Source of the DNA: Candidatus Hodarchaeota archaeon
GTDB taxonomy: Archaea > Asgardarchaeota > Heimdallarchaeia > Hodarchaeales > Hodarchaeaceae
Reading direction: 5' to 3'
NCBI GenBank assembly: GCA_029856365.1
Contig: JAHQWW010000040.1
Coordinates: forward strand, 1-27,571
Length of the DNA: 27,571 nt
This document shows, one piece after another, positions 26,759 to 27,571 of the stretch. Under the pieces are notes generated by a model. That model did no database searches, was not told where the DNA came from, and saw only the letters and a list, made by a program, of their open reading frames with translations. Each line of letters opens with the position of its first letter. The first letter of the stretch is position 1. The position numbers and the translations under genes were made by a program.

Positions 26759-26994
26759 GACGAATAACCCTTACCTCATGCTATAAAAAAGGCTTTTGAT
26801 ATCTTTTTTCCTTTTTATGGAAAGGTTGATAGTATCTTTCTTAAAAGCCCAGTCATGATTAGATAGACCAAACTAGGTTATCTCAATCAAGAATATTTTG
26901 GTCTAGTGGCCAATTGATTGTATAATTCAAATATATTCCTATAAATCATCTTATGATTCATAATAACTATTAATAATTTAATAAAGTGAAAAAA

Positions 26995-27571
26995 ATGCCG
27001 AAATTTACCATCGAAGAAGCACAAAAATTACTTATTAATCGAGATCTTGTACGGAACCTTGGAGTTATCGCCCATATTGACCATGGTAAGTCTACTTTGA
27101 CTGATTCCCTTCTTGCAGCTTGTGGACTTCTAGCTGAAAAAATCGCTGGCGAAGCACGAGCTACAGATACACGGGAAGACGAGCAAGAACGTGGAATCAC
27201 GATAAAAACCACAGGAATCTCTTTGGTCCATGAGTTTGACCAAAAAACATATCTGGTCAATCTTCAGGACACCCCTGGACACGTTGACTTTTCTGGTGAA
27301 GTTACTTCGGCGTTACGGGTAGTCGATGGAGCTCTGGTTCTCGTCGATGCTGTTGAGGGAGTTATGGTTCAGACTGAAGTTGTTACTCAACAAGCTTTAA
27401 CTGAACGAGTCCGTCCCGTTTTGATAATCAATAAAGTCGACCGATTAATTACTGAGATGCGGATGACACCCGAAGATGCATACGAAAAATTTAAGACAAT
27501 TATTAATGATTTTAATATACTTATTGAGACCTATGCACCTCCAGAATACAAGAAAGTTTGGCGTGTAGATC
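26995..27571 (+). CDS. fusA: Elongation factor 2 (5' part; runs off the window; absent from the ORF track)
   Basis: Manual translation: MPKFTIEEAQKLLINRDLVRNLGVIAHIDHGKSTLTDSLL...AGEARATDTREDEQERGITIK...DTPGHVDFSGEVTSALRVVDGA...INKVDRL. Confidence 0.95.
   Translation, partial: MPKFTIEEAQKLLINRDLVRNLGVIAHIDHGKSTLTDSLLAACGLLAEKIAGEARATDTREDEQERGITIKTTGISLVHEFDQKTYLVNLQDTPGHVDFSGEVTSALRVVDGALVLVDAVEGVMVQTEVVTQQALTERVRPVLIINKVDRLITEMRMTPEDAYEKFKTIINDFNILIETYAPPEYKKVWRVD

Noticed and set aside
26873-26884. CTAGGTTATCTC also found in the rpl44e leader repeat (2773-2784)
   Set aside because: A single 12-mer match is expected by chance in 27 kb, and the orientation relative to EF-2 and rpl44e differs.
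1-27571. Genome-wide TAA reassignment; CRISPR arrays, IS elements, rRNA genes
   Set aside because: TAA is a normal stop for several conserved genes here, and I saw no repeat-spacer arrays, transposases, integrases or rRNA sequence.

Overview
AT-rich chromosomal segment of an archaeon, most likely an Asgard archaeon (Heimdallarchaeia/Hodarchaeales-like, inferred from a Mak16/L28e-family gene together with Elf1, eS30 and an EMC6-like gene). It is dominated by information-processing genes: eS30, eL42/L44e, eS6, eS19, aIF2-gamma, aIF5B, EF-2 (partial), SRP19, RlmE, Trm1, a degenerate ThiI, a PIN nuclease, GPN and EngB GTPases, RPA, Elf1 and PDCD5. Sec11, BirA, PlsC, DeoC and a stop-interrupted Xaa-Pro peptidase are also present. 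Reading beyond the ORF track adds three intron-containing tRNAs (initiator Met, Thr with a T-loop intron, Pro with two introns). It also adds an unannotated dual-guide box C/D sRNA directly behind mak16, whose guides match 23S rRNA helices 69 and 71 at positions equivalent to yeast Am2256 and Gm2288. Further additions are a missed zinc-ribbon gene that seems to start at ATA, a 1.3-kb eroded islet at the tRNA-Pro 3' end, and a Sec11 C-terminal extension that may be an SPC22/23-like domain. All family assignments come from motif recognition by eye; no searches were run.
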